Position numbers and translations under genes: made by a program | Source of the DNA: an uncultured archaeon | Lineage (GTDB): Archaea; Asgardarchaeota; Lokiarchaeia; Sigyniarchaeales; SOKP01 | Direction of reading: 5' to 3' | NCBI GenBank assembly: GCA_964632315.1 | Contig: CAZWEM010000062.1 | Span: 1 to 19,134, forward strand | DNA length: 19,134 bases | Part shown: positions 8,483-16,537 of the stretch, in pieces | Numbering within the stretch: the first letter of the stretch is position 1 | Layout of the letters: every line of letters starts with the position of its first letter | Notes under the pieces: model-generated | Told to the model about the DNA's origin: nothing | Database searches by the model: none | What the model saw: only the letters and a program-made list of their open reading frames with translations

Positions 8483-9571
8483 GTGAAAAATATCAATGTG
8501 GCATTAATTGGAGTTGGTGATGTAGCTAGCGCTTTGGTCCAAGGGGTAGAATATTATAAAAAGTACCCAGAAAAAATTATTGGAATGCTCCCTGAAATTA
8601 CTCAATATTCGGTTGAGGATATAAAGTTCGTGTTAGGGATTGATGTTAATGCGAAGAAGATCGGAAAAGATTTGAGCAAAGCCATTTTTATTGAACCAAA
8701 TTGTAACTTAAAATCATTTGAACCCGAAAATCTAAATGCTCCAGTTATTAAAGGACCTATTTTAGACGGTTTAAACAGTAATATTAAAGATATAATTCCA
8801 GTTGATACGGATCAACCCATATCTAATGTTAAGCAACATCTCAAAGAAAAAATGGTAGACGTTGTTGTGATTCTTCTTCCAACTGGTTGTCATGATGCTG
8901 TTAATTTTTATGTTCACGCCGCTCTTGATTCAGGAGCATGTATTGTGAATGGAATGCCATCACACGTTGCTAAGGATCCTACAATTATTCAAAAAGCAGA
9001 AGAACTGGGATTATCCGTCATAGGAGATGATGTAAAATCTCAAATCGGAGCAACCATCATCCATCGATCTTTAGCTAATTTATTTCCCATGAGGGGAGCA
9101 ATATTAGATCGCACTATACAATTAGATTGGGGAGGTTCATCCGATTTTTGTAATTTACTAACACCAAAACCAGATGGAAAATTATATTACGAAGAAGGAA
9201 AAAGACAATCTAAAACGGATGCAGTTATAGCTAAATTACAAAATAAAGATGACGTAGAATGCCAGATTTCTGCCGTTGATTACATTCCATTTCTTAAAAA
9301 TCAAAAAGAAGCATACATGAGATTAGAAGGAAGGATTTTTGGGGGAGCCCCAGTTCGAGTGGACATAACTATGTTTGTAGAAGATGGCAATAATTCCGCG
9401 GGTATAATCGCTGATTGTATACGAGTCTCAAAAATAGCCAAAGACCGTTCTATTGGAGGCGTATTAGAATCTGCTTGTTCCTTTTTTAATAAACATCCTC
9501 CTGAACAGCTTGAAGATAATGTAGCAAAACAAAGATTGATAGATTTCGTTCAAGATAAAAGAGAGAGATAA
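8483..9571 (+). CDS. ino1: Myo-inositol-1-phosphate synthase (archaeal/actinobacterial type), divergent
   Basis: Motifs VALIGVGDVASALVQG, LPTG, GDDVKSQIGATIIHR, QL..GG..DF, SKT, DYIPFL..QK, ED..NSAG and KHPP. Confidence 0.92.
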   Translation: MKNINVALIGVGDVASALVQGVEYYKKYPEKIIGMLPEITQYSVEDIKFVLGIDVNAKKIGKDLSKAIFIEPNCNLKSFEPENLNAPVIKGPILDGLNSNIKDIIPVDTDQPISNVKQHLKEKMVDVVVILLPTGCHDAVNFYVHAALDSGACIVNGMPSHVAKDPTIIQKAEELGLSVIGDDVKSQIGATIIHRSLANLFPMRGAILDRTIQLDWGGSSDFCNLLTPKPDGKLYYEEGKRQSKTDAVIAKLQNKDDVECQISAVDYIPFLKNQKEAYMRLEGRIFGGAPVRVDITMFVEDGNNSAGIIADCIRVSKIAKDRSIGGVLESACSFFNKHPPEQLEDNVAKQRLIDFVQDKRER

Positions 9572-9579
9572 AATCGATT

Positions 9580-10488
9580 TTAACTTTTAATCATTGCAGT
9601 TTTACTTATTATTTCTTCTCTTATTTGAATCAAGTTATAAATCTGGTCTGAAATAAGACTTACCCCTTCTGGAATATTTCGAAAACTGGGAAAATCATTA
9701 ACATCTACGATGTAAGACTCTCCCATTGTTTCAATATAGTCCACTCCGAATACTGGCATCCCTAATCTTTTTCCCAGCCTTTTTATCCGCCGTTTTAATT
9801 TTTCATCTATTAGGGATCGAATATGGATTAATTCTAAGGGATTTAAATTCTTATTTTGAAGTCGGTTATGTGAAATTATCGATACAATCCAATCTCCAAT
9901 TACATATACCTTATTAATGACATCGAGTTTTCCCAAATATTGTTGAAAAAATAACTCATTTACATCATATCTTTCTATAAGTATTGCAAGTTCATGTACA
10001 GATTTTGCAATGCCTAATATCCGATCATTTTTAGGCAAGTCCGGAATGTTATGAGAATCTAATTTCACAATGATCTGAAACCCATCGTTCAATGCTTGCT
10101 TAGCCTCAGTAATAGTTTTGAAGAATTTAGGAATGTTTACTTTTTTAACGTTTCTCTCTATAAATTGAAAAGTAGCTTTTCTACTTTCACAGGTCCTCAC
10201 TGAAAATAAGCTATTTAAAATTGGGATGTTTGGAGTGACCCTTTTGATTATATCATAGATTTTCTGATTCTCTTTTTGAGATGTAAGCTTGACTATTAAA
10301 AAAACAATTGGATATTTCTTTAACCTTTTCTTATAATATTTTTCATTAAAAGCTTCTAATCCATGTTTCATGAAATCAATTAGTATAATATTATAATTTT
10401 TTGAAAGAAAGTTTTTGATTTGGTTTAAAACTTGGAGATCTCGATTGCAAATGGCACCTATATACTGTTTTTTAAGATTGTTTGCCAT
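9580..10488 (-). CDS. ATP-grasp protein, ITPK1-like (copy B)
   Basis: PILNS..SVRTCESR, FFQQYL, KVYVIGD, LGMPVFGVDYI and YIVDVNDFPSFRNIP; D-x-N-x-F-P signature. Confidence 0.75.
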   Translation of the reverse strand: MANNLKKQYIGAICNRDLQVLNQIKNFLSKNYNIILIDFMKHGLEAFNEKYYKKRLKKYPIVFLIVKLTSQKENQKIYDIIKRVTPNIPILNSLFSVRTCESRKATFQFIERNVKKVNIPKFFKTITEAKQALNDGFQIIVKLDSHNIPDLPKNDRILGIAKSVHELAILIERYDVNELFFQQYLGKLDVINKVYVIGDWIVSIISHNRLQNKNLNPLELIHIRSLIDEKLKRRIKRLGKRLGMPVFGVDYIETMGESYIVDVNDFPSFRNIPEGVSLISDQIYNLIQIREEIISKTAMIKS

Positions 10489-10815
10489 TTGAACACCAAC
10501 TCTTTCAGTTTAAATTGCATAAAGCTAAACATAGTATATAAAACTATTGATAAAGATTTAGCTGATTAATTAAAAAAATACCGGTTTCTCTAATCCCTAA
10601 ACTATTCCTCTTAATTTAAATATTAAATTAATGAGACTTATCTCCCGCTATTTAAATCATATAAAACTGAAGCTAAAAACTTATAAGAGACACTATTAGA
10701 AAGACATTTGTAGAGAACTTTTTTTTTACTCTTATTGATTTAAATTTAATGGAGATTATTACAATATAGACCCAAGAAAATCAGATTATGATTATTAAGA
10801 CAAAGGAGATATTTT

Positions 10816-11634
10816 TTGATAACGCTTGGATTAATTATTGACGAGTATCATCTGGAAAAAAAGGTCACCGAATTTTTAAATTACATGCGAAAAAAAGTAA
10901 AAGTAAATTTCTATGTTGAAGAAAGAGAGTTCATAGATTTTTCAAAACATGAGTTCAAGGAAGATATATTTTTTGTCAAGGCGAAAGGTGAATTAGTGTT
11001 AAATTTAGTTAAGCTAATAGAACATGAAACAAGCATCCCTGTGATAAATAGTTCCAAGAGTATATGGTTATGCTACAATCGATTCTTAAACAGCACGCTC
11101 CTAAAAAAAGTAGGGATAAATGTACCCGATTTCTCTCTTAATCCAATTGGTAATCTTCCTCTATTTAAGGATTACATTATAAAAAATATTAAAGATCAAA
11201 AAAATTATGCATTTAAGCCCATAATTAAAGATAATGAACAGGAAATACAAATTAGTGATGAAAGGGCATTGATTGAAGCAACAAGTGATAATTATAATTA
11301 TCGATTCCTATATTATCAAAGTTTTATCAAAAGTGAATGGGAATATAAGGTGTATTGTATTGGAGACGAACTCCTTTATTTTAAACAACTACCAGTTTTA
11401 ATTAATCCTAATAAAATGGAATCAAGGAAGAAGATAAAAGAAATAAAAGAATTACGGAATTATTCATTGAAGGCAGTTGAGAGTTTGGGTTTAAAAATTG
11501 CTTCTTTAGACTTTCTTAAGTCTGAAGGAGGAGATTATTATCTTACAGACATAAATTCTTCTCCAAATTTTGATTATATCACAAATGGCGCTAAGATTGT
11601 TGGAAATTATTTAATAAAGATAGCAAGGTCTTGA
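10816..11634 (+). CDS. ATP-grasp protein, ITPK1/RimK-like (copy C)
   Basis: PVINS..SIWLCYNR, GINVPD, YYQSFI, EYKVYCIGD, LGLKIASLDFL and YYLTDINSSPNF. TTG start with AAGGAG upstream. Confidence 0.72.
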   Translation: MITLGLIIDEYHLEKKVTEFLNYMRKKVKVNFYVEEREFIDFSKHEFKEDIFFVKAKGELVLNLVKLIEHETSIPVINSSKSIWLCYNRFLNSTLLKKVGINVPDFSLNPIGNLPLFKDYIIKNIKDQKNYAFKPIIKDNEQEIQISDERALIEATSDNYNYRFLYYQSFIKSEWEYKVYCIGDELLYFKQLPVLINPNKMESRKKIKEIKELRNYSLKAVESLGLKIASLDFLKSEGGDYYLTDINSSPNFDYITNGAKIVGNYLIKIARS

Positions 11635-11652
11635 AAAAAGGGTGAAGTCAAA

Positions 11653-12444
11653 TTGAAAATAGGAATTTTATCAAAAAGGAAAGAAATGTTTGCTGGTGAT
11701 TTAAGTAATTATTTGCAATCAAAGGGACATATAGTTGAAATTTTTACATTAAAGAATTTAATTATAAATAAAGAACTCTTAAAAAATGATTTATTTATTT
11801 TAAAATCGAAACAATTATTTTTTCTTTATGCGGGATATTTTATTGAATCTAACAATATATCCATATATCCTAGCACAGAAATTGCATTTAAAACTAAAAA
11901 TAGAATAGAAGCATACTTCCTCATAAAAAAAGCAGGATTGTTGAGTCCCAACATCTATCTTGGAACAAGGGATGTGCTAAATAGAAATCTCTTATTTAAT
12001 TCAGGTCCTTTTATTCAAAAACCTATTATGAGCTCTGGAAGTAAAGGAATTAAATTAATTAATGACCCCGAGGATATTGAAGCAGAAGAACACGAAATTC
12101 TTTATATAGAAAAATTCATCATTGGAATCCATTATTTAGCTTACTTTATTAATGATGAAATTCTGGTCTATGAAAAAGAACCACTATCTAATGAGCACGC
12201 TCACGTAAAAAAGACAGATCTCACTGAGGATCTTGAAAGTATAGTTTTGAAGTGGAAAAATGAAAATGGTCTTTTTTTTGGACATTTAGATCTTGTCAAG
12301 GAAGAGAATACAAATAAGTTTTATATTGTAGATACGGGTTGCTTTCCTGAATTTTCACATTGGAAAAATAGAATTGAAGCAGTAAAATCTATTTGGGATA
12401 TAATTCTAACTTTATATGAAAAAGATTTGAAAGTTAATAACTGA
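11653..12444 (+). CDS. ATP-grasp protein, RimK/ITPK1-like, degenerate metal motif (copy D)
   Basis: MKIGILS N-terminus, PFIQKPIMSSGSKGIKLI, YIEKFI, GHLDLV and FYIVDTGCFPEF. TTG start with GGTGA upstream. Confidence 0.7.
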   Translation: MKIGILSKRKEMFAGDLSNYLQSKGHIVEIFTLKNLIINKELLKNDLFILKSKQLFFLYAGYFIESNNISIYPSTEIAFKTKNRIEAYFLIKKAGLLSPNIYLGTRDVLNRNLLFNSGPFIQKPIMSSGSKGIKLINDPEDIEAEEHEILYIEKFIIGIHYLAYFINDEILVYEKEPLSNEHAHVKKTDLTEDLESIVLKWKNENGLFFGHLDLVKEENTNKFYIVDTGCFPEFSHWKNRIEAVKSIWDIILTLYEKDLKVNN

Positions 12445-12447
12445 AAT

Positions 12448-13422
12448 ATGAAAATGGCTACTAAAAAATATGCTAATGGGCTACCTGAACAGAAAGTTAG
12501 GTTATACAAAATCAAGCATTTTATTTTCGACTTTGGGGGAGTTTTAATTGAAAAAACTTTTGTCCTCGACAATTTATTCGATCTAATAGAACATGATTTG
12601 TCAATCAAAATACCAGAAAAAGATAGTAATCTTTTTCTTAGAAAAATTAGAAGAAGATTGAGTAAAGGCGTGATTTCAGCAAGAGATTTCCTTAATTTAG
12701 TAATAGATAGATATTATAAACCTGAGGAAAATGAATTAAGTGCATTGCCTCTGAAAAAAGTTAACATAGAATATTATTTGGAGTTATGGTTCAATCTTTA
12801 TACTAAAGTAACAAAAATATCATCTGATATGGCTTTAATAGTTGAAAGATTACATCAAGGAGGATATGTGGTTAGTTTAATGTCCAATACTTATGATATT
12901 TATGCACGATCTAATGATTTACGCGGTTTTTATGAAATTTTTGATCATGTCTTTTTATCAAATGAGATCGGTTTGATCAAACCGGATATGGACAAATATA
13001 AACATGTATTAAATAAATTAGAAGCAAAACCTAAAAATTGTGTATTTATAGATGACAAACTCAGAAATCTTATCCCCGCTCATAAATTAGGCATAATAGT
13101 AATAAAATTTGAATCTTTTGAAAAGTTTAATCACCAATTAAATGAATTAGGAATCTCTAAACTCAAAATAAACTTCAGAAAAGATATAAGAAAAAAATAT
13201 GAATACTATAAAAAAGTAAAAAAAGAATATAAAAAGGCTAAAAAGGAATATAAGAAAGCTAAAGAAGATTACCTTAATAAGAAGCATGCTAAGAAAAAGC
13301 GTGGAAAAAAAAGAGAGAATTTTGAACTAAAAAGAGAATTTTATAAAGAGAAAAAAAGAAAATATAAATCTGAGAAGAAGAGAAAGAAAAATGAATTAGA
13401 AAGTGAAGTAAAACTAACCTAA
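12448..13422 (+). CDS. HAD-superfamily phosphatase (subfamily IA, YihX-like) with C-terminal Lys-rich coiled-coil extension
   Basis: Motif I FIFDFGGVL, motif II MSNT, motif III KPD and motif IV FIDD. The last 81 aa contain 32 Lys and 7 Arg. Starts 3 bp after the previous stop. Confidence 0.88.
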   Translation: MKMATKKYANGLPEQKVRLYKIKHFIFDFGGVLIEKTFVLDNLFDLIEHDLSIKIPEKDSNLFLRKIRRRLSKGVISARDFLNLVIDRYYKPEENELSALPLKKVNIEYYLELWFNLYTKVTKISSDMALIVERLHQGGYVVSLMSNTYDIYARSNDLRGFYEIFDHVFLSNEIGLIKPDMDKYKHVLNKLEAKPKNCVFIDDKLRNLIPAHKLGIIVIKFESFEKFNHQLNELGISKLKINFRKDIRKKYEYYKKVKKEYKKAKKEYKKAKEDYLNKKHAKKKRGKKRENFELKREFYKEKKRKYKSEKKRKKNELESEVKLT

Positions 13423-13456
13423 AGAAATAAATTTAAAATAATCCAAAAACAAAAGA

Positions 13457-14539
13457 TTATTCTTCTACTTGTTCGTTCTTCTCTTCAAATTCTTTAACTT
13501 TTTCTTCTACAGATTCTTTCGCGGCTGGAACTGTCATTTTTTCATAAACTTCAATAAATTTCACGTTATTTATCTCATCATCCATATTGGTTTGCAAATC
13601 CATAGCTAAACCAAATTTCACATACGTGAGATTTTGAAATAAGAACATTTTTGGGATGGTAATTTCCAAATCTTTTGTTTGTGAATCATAAGAAATTTGG
13701 AATTCTGAAACTTGATCTTTTGGAATTCCTTTTGATATCATAAAATATTCTATTTTATCATCGAAAGATTCAATTTTATCAATGACCTCAACGTTATAAT
13801 CTATTGATTGACCCGCGAGGGGATGGTTATAATCAACAATGACTTTCCCTTGAGTAATATTAGTTACTACTCCCCTTTGCCCCGTTCCTTTTTTAACGAA
13901 ATCTTGACCAAATTCTGGATTTTTGCCGTCATTCAATTTCCGGAATTTAGCAATGCCAATTCTCTCAATCTTTTGGGGATCTCGCTTTCCAAAAGCTTTT
14001 ACTGGAGGAACTCTTACTGATTTTTTTTCAAAATAATTCATGTTTTCTACGGTCTCAGTTAAACCCTCATTTAAAAATCCAGGCTTTCCAACAATGACAA
14101 ATTCAGGAGTATAATATCCTTGTTTTGCCTTTTCTTCATCATAAATTCCAGCTTTCTTTGCATCTTCTTCTGAAGATACTCTGAAAATCGTTCCTTTTTG
14201 AGTCCGACCCGTTATTTTCACTAATACGAAATCACCAGATTCTATTTTCTTACCCATTAGCTCCTTGCGCTTTTCTTCTTCTTTAGCTAAATCTTCCTCA
14301 GCTTTCTTAAGTTCTTCACCTTTCTCTGCCTCTTCATCATGAGGCTCTCCTCCTTTTTCCTCTAATAATTCCTTAGCGCTATCAATAATTTTTCCAGCAG
14401 ATGTTTTTCCAATTCCCTTGATGTCAATTAGATCCTCTGCTTTGCTCTTCGCTAATTTTTCTACAGTATCGATCCCTGCTTCTCTGAGATTTTCTGCTTT
14501 TTTTCCTAAGCCCTTGACATCCTCTAGTTCATAACTCAT
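13457..14539 (-). CDS. Long-type archaeal FKBP/SlyD-family peptidyl-prolyl isomerase/chaperone with N-terminal helix-hairpin-helix domain
   Basis: FKBP motifs GDFVLV..TGR, AKKAGIY, VPPVKAFGKRD and VDYNHPLAG. The N-terminal VKGLGK...IKGIGK is a double HhH. ATG at 14539 (track: TTG at 14542). Confidence 0.88.
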   Translation of the reverse strand: MSYELEDVKGLGKKAENLREAGIDTVEKLAKSKAEDLIDIKGIGKTSAGKIIDSAKELLEEKGGEPHDEEAEKGEELKKAEEDLAKEEEKRKELMGKKIESGDFVLVKITGRTQKGTIFRVSSEEDAKKAGIYDEEKAKQGYYTPEFVIVGKPGFLNEGLTETVENMNYFEKKSVRVPPVKAFGKRDPQKIERIGIAKFRKLNDGKNPEFGQDFVKKGTGQRGVVTNITQGKVIVDYNHPLAGQSIDYNVEVIDKIESFDDKIEYFMISKGIPKDQVSEFQISYDSQTKDLEITIPKMFLFQNLTYVKFGLAMDLQTNMDDEINNVKFIEVYEKMTVPAAKESVEEKVKEFEEKNEQVEE

Positions 14540-14679
14540 CAATTTTACACTTTTAAATGTAATTTACTTAGTTAAAACGATAATAAGTTGAAAATAGGAA
14601 TAATCCATAGTTTTTAGATTTTTCGATGAAGTTTTAAAAATTAGTTTTATGAGTTTAAATTCCAAATGAGAATAAAATT

Positions 14680-15792
14680 TCATGATACTGGCTTATATAG
14701 GATCCCTAATTTATCTGCATAGATTTTTACTTCATTTATTTCATTAGGAGTGGGTCTTCTGTTAATTTCTTCGTATTTGTATGCTAAGTATTCGGGTCGG
14801 TACTGTCCCATAATGTTTACCACGCATTTAGGAACTTCTCTTGAAATGAAATCTAAAATAGGTTTTGAACAGCATTCAACATGATTTGGCATCACGAGAT
14901 GCCTAATAATAATTTCACCACTACCTTCATTGTGAATTAGTTTGAGATTTCTCGTTAGAACATCGTAATAATTTTCAATTTTTGACAATTTTTTCGCACA
15001 TTCATTATTACCATATTTAAAATCAGGCAACCAAAAATCCATAAGATCAATTATCAAAGAAAGAGATTCTAGAGTGCTATAGAAATTTGAGTTCCATAAC
15101 TGGCATATATTTGAATTCTGATGATTTAGACTACCTACTATTGTGTGGATGTTCGGAATAGGATCACCACCCACATAATTGATATTTATTGCACCCCGAT
15201 CAGAAAGTTTATCAGCCAATTCAGCAAGACTTTTCTCATCAACATTTTGTGCTATTAGTTCAATATCTTTTTTTCCCTTCCATGCTTGTGATATATCAAA
15301 ATTTTGGCAAAACACACATCCAAAATTACAACCTTGAAAAAAAATCGTACCACTTGGTACCAATACACTTTCTTCGCCCATATGGAGAAATGCCGATGAA
15401 ACATATGATTCATTCGTTAAAAAGCAAAATCCTTTTTCGTCAGCATTCCTATTTATCTCACATTTTCTTTCACAGAATACGCACTTTTCAAGGTACTTTT
15501 GCGAAATCTTGGACACAAGATCAATAAAATTTGGAGATTGAACCTCTCGATTTTTCTGGGTATCACAATCGAGATCGAGTAATTTTTTAAACTCTAAAGA
15601 TTTTTCTTGCAGAAGTTTTTCCAAATTTGATATCGATAGATCCTTACCAAACTCAACGGAGAGACTTTTTGCGAGTAGATAGCGAGATATGTGAGTTCCA
15701 TCCAAGATCCCTCTATACCTTGAAAATCTTTTTAATATGTCCTCATTCTGCCAAGCAGTTTTGGAATCAGGACGAATTATGCGAAAACTCAT
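14680..15792 (-). CDS. Radical SAM protein, PflX family (pyruvate formate-lyase activating enzyme-like)
   Basis: CNFGCVFCQNFDISQ (CxxxCxxC), N-terminal CVFCERKC..NR, HMGEE..LVPSGTIFF, GGDP, PDFKYGN, RHLVMPNH and NIMGQYRP. Confidence 0.9.
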   Translation of the reverse strand: MSFRIIRPDSKTAWQNEDILKRFSRYRGILDGTHISRYLLAKSLSVEFGKDLSISNLEKLLQEKSLEFKKLLDLDCDTQKNREVQSPNFIDLVSKISQKYLEKCVFCERKCEINRNADEKGFCFLTNESYVSSAFLHMGEESVLVPSGTIFFQGCNFGCVFCQNFDISQAWKGKKDIELIAQNVDEKSLAELADKLSDRGAININYVGGDPIPNIHTIVGSLNHQNSNICQLWNSNFYSTLESLSLIIDLMDFWLPDFKYGNNECAKKLSKIENYYDVLTRNLKLIHNEGSGEIIIRHLVMPNHVECCSKPILDFISREVPKCVVNIMGQYRPEYLAYKYEEINRRPTPNEINEVKIYADKLGILYKPVS

Positions 15793-15805
15793 TTTAATTT
15801 CTTAG

Positions 15806-16537
15806 TCACGTTTCGAATGATAACCATCGAATTACATTTTCTAAAAATTTGAGATTGTCACCAGCATCTAATCCAAAATCAGAATCTTCGATCATAAAAT
15901 CTGAAGATCCAATAGTTACACAGCGCCCATTATAAAATTCAGAAACCACGCAAATCGGAACTGGTCCGATCGCTCCAGTCTCATCATCTAGATAATATTT
16001 AAATTCCGCCTTTTCAGAGGTAATTATGATATCTTCCACATCTTCTTCAGAAATCGTAAAAAAAGTGCAATTAGGAAGCACTAGTTCTGTTACACCATCA
16101 GTAATTGGATGATTAAATAGATCATTAAGCAATAAGTTACTCCTACTCACTAAAAAATTTGAAGTCGCTTCTTGTATGATACCATTCCAGAACCTGCGAA
16201 CTCCTGTTATTTTATATAAAACACGAATAGAACCTTTTTTCATTGGAATATCTTTGTCTCCCCCATCTCCAGTGGTTAATAATAAACCACCTCCTTCTCC
16301 CACAAATTTTTTAATTGCAAGTAATTCATTTTGCGTGAATTTATCAGCTTTGCTATCCGCCGTTTGTTGAATGTTTCCCATAAATAAAACATCGTAATCT
16401 TCAAGCATTTCAAATTCGATGGGTCCTTCATTCTTGTCAATATAATCTACATCGAAATCATCTTCTCCTAAGGCAAACTCCGGAAATTCTTCGATCTTTT
16501 CTTTATGTGACAAGTCGCATATAATAGAGTAACTCAT
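15806..16537 (-). CDS. Stand-alone GIFT (GldG/IFT52)/DUF4350-like domain protein, class I glutamine-amidotransferase-like fold
   Basis: IICDLSHKE, KFTQNELLAIKKFVGEGGGLLL, HPITDGV, GRCVTIGSS and DNLKFLENVIRWL. Acidic, with no signal peptide. Confidence 0.7.
   Translation of the reverse strand: MSYSIICDLSHKEKIEEFPEFALGEDDFDVDYIDKNEGPIEFEMLEDYDVLFMGNIQQTADSKADKFTQNELLAIKKFVGEGGGLLLTTGDGGDKDIPMKKGSIRVLYKITGVRRFWNGIIQEATSNFLVSRSNLLLNDLFNHPITDGVTELVLPNCTFFTISEEDVEDIIITSEKAEFKYYLDDETGAIGPVPICVVSEFYNGRCVTIGSSDFMIEDSDFGLDAGDNLKFLENVIRWLSFET

Noticed and set aside
8483-9571. Di-myo-inositol-phosphate or inositol-lipid biosynthesis locus
   Set aside because: No nucleotidyltransferase or CDP-alcohol phosphotransferase gene in the window.
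2144-12444. Reading the ATP-grasp genes as RimK/LysX/CofF ligases or as a graspetide RiPP cluster
   Set aside because: They carry Asp rather than Glu in the metal motif, three lack the Gly-rich loop, no LysW carrier or precursor peptide is evident, and they surround ino1. This reading is disfavoured but not excluded, especially for copies C and D.
13177-13422. A-rich stretch as a frameshift artefact or DNA tandem repeat
   Set aside because: The frame stays open, the repeat units differ at synonymous positions, and the heptad pattern is at the protein level. Treated as a coding tail.
1283-16370. Other short track ORFs (1283..1519, 3920..4168, 4355..4555, 5169..5390, 5737..5925, 6508..6735, 7858..8103, 9726..9917, 12321..12608, 13808..14020, 15189..15527, 16176..16370)
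   Set aside because: All overlap longer, motif-supported genes in another frame or on the opposite strand, and none shows a family signature.
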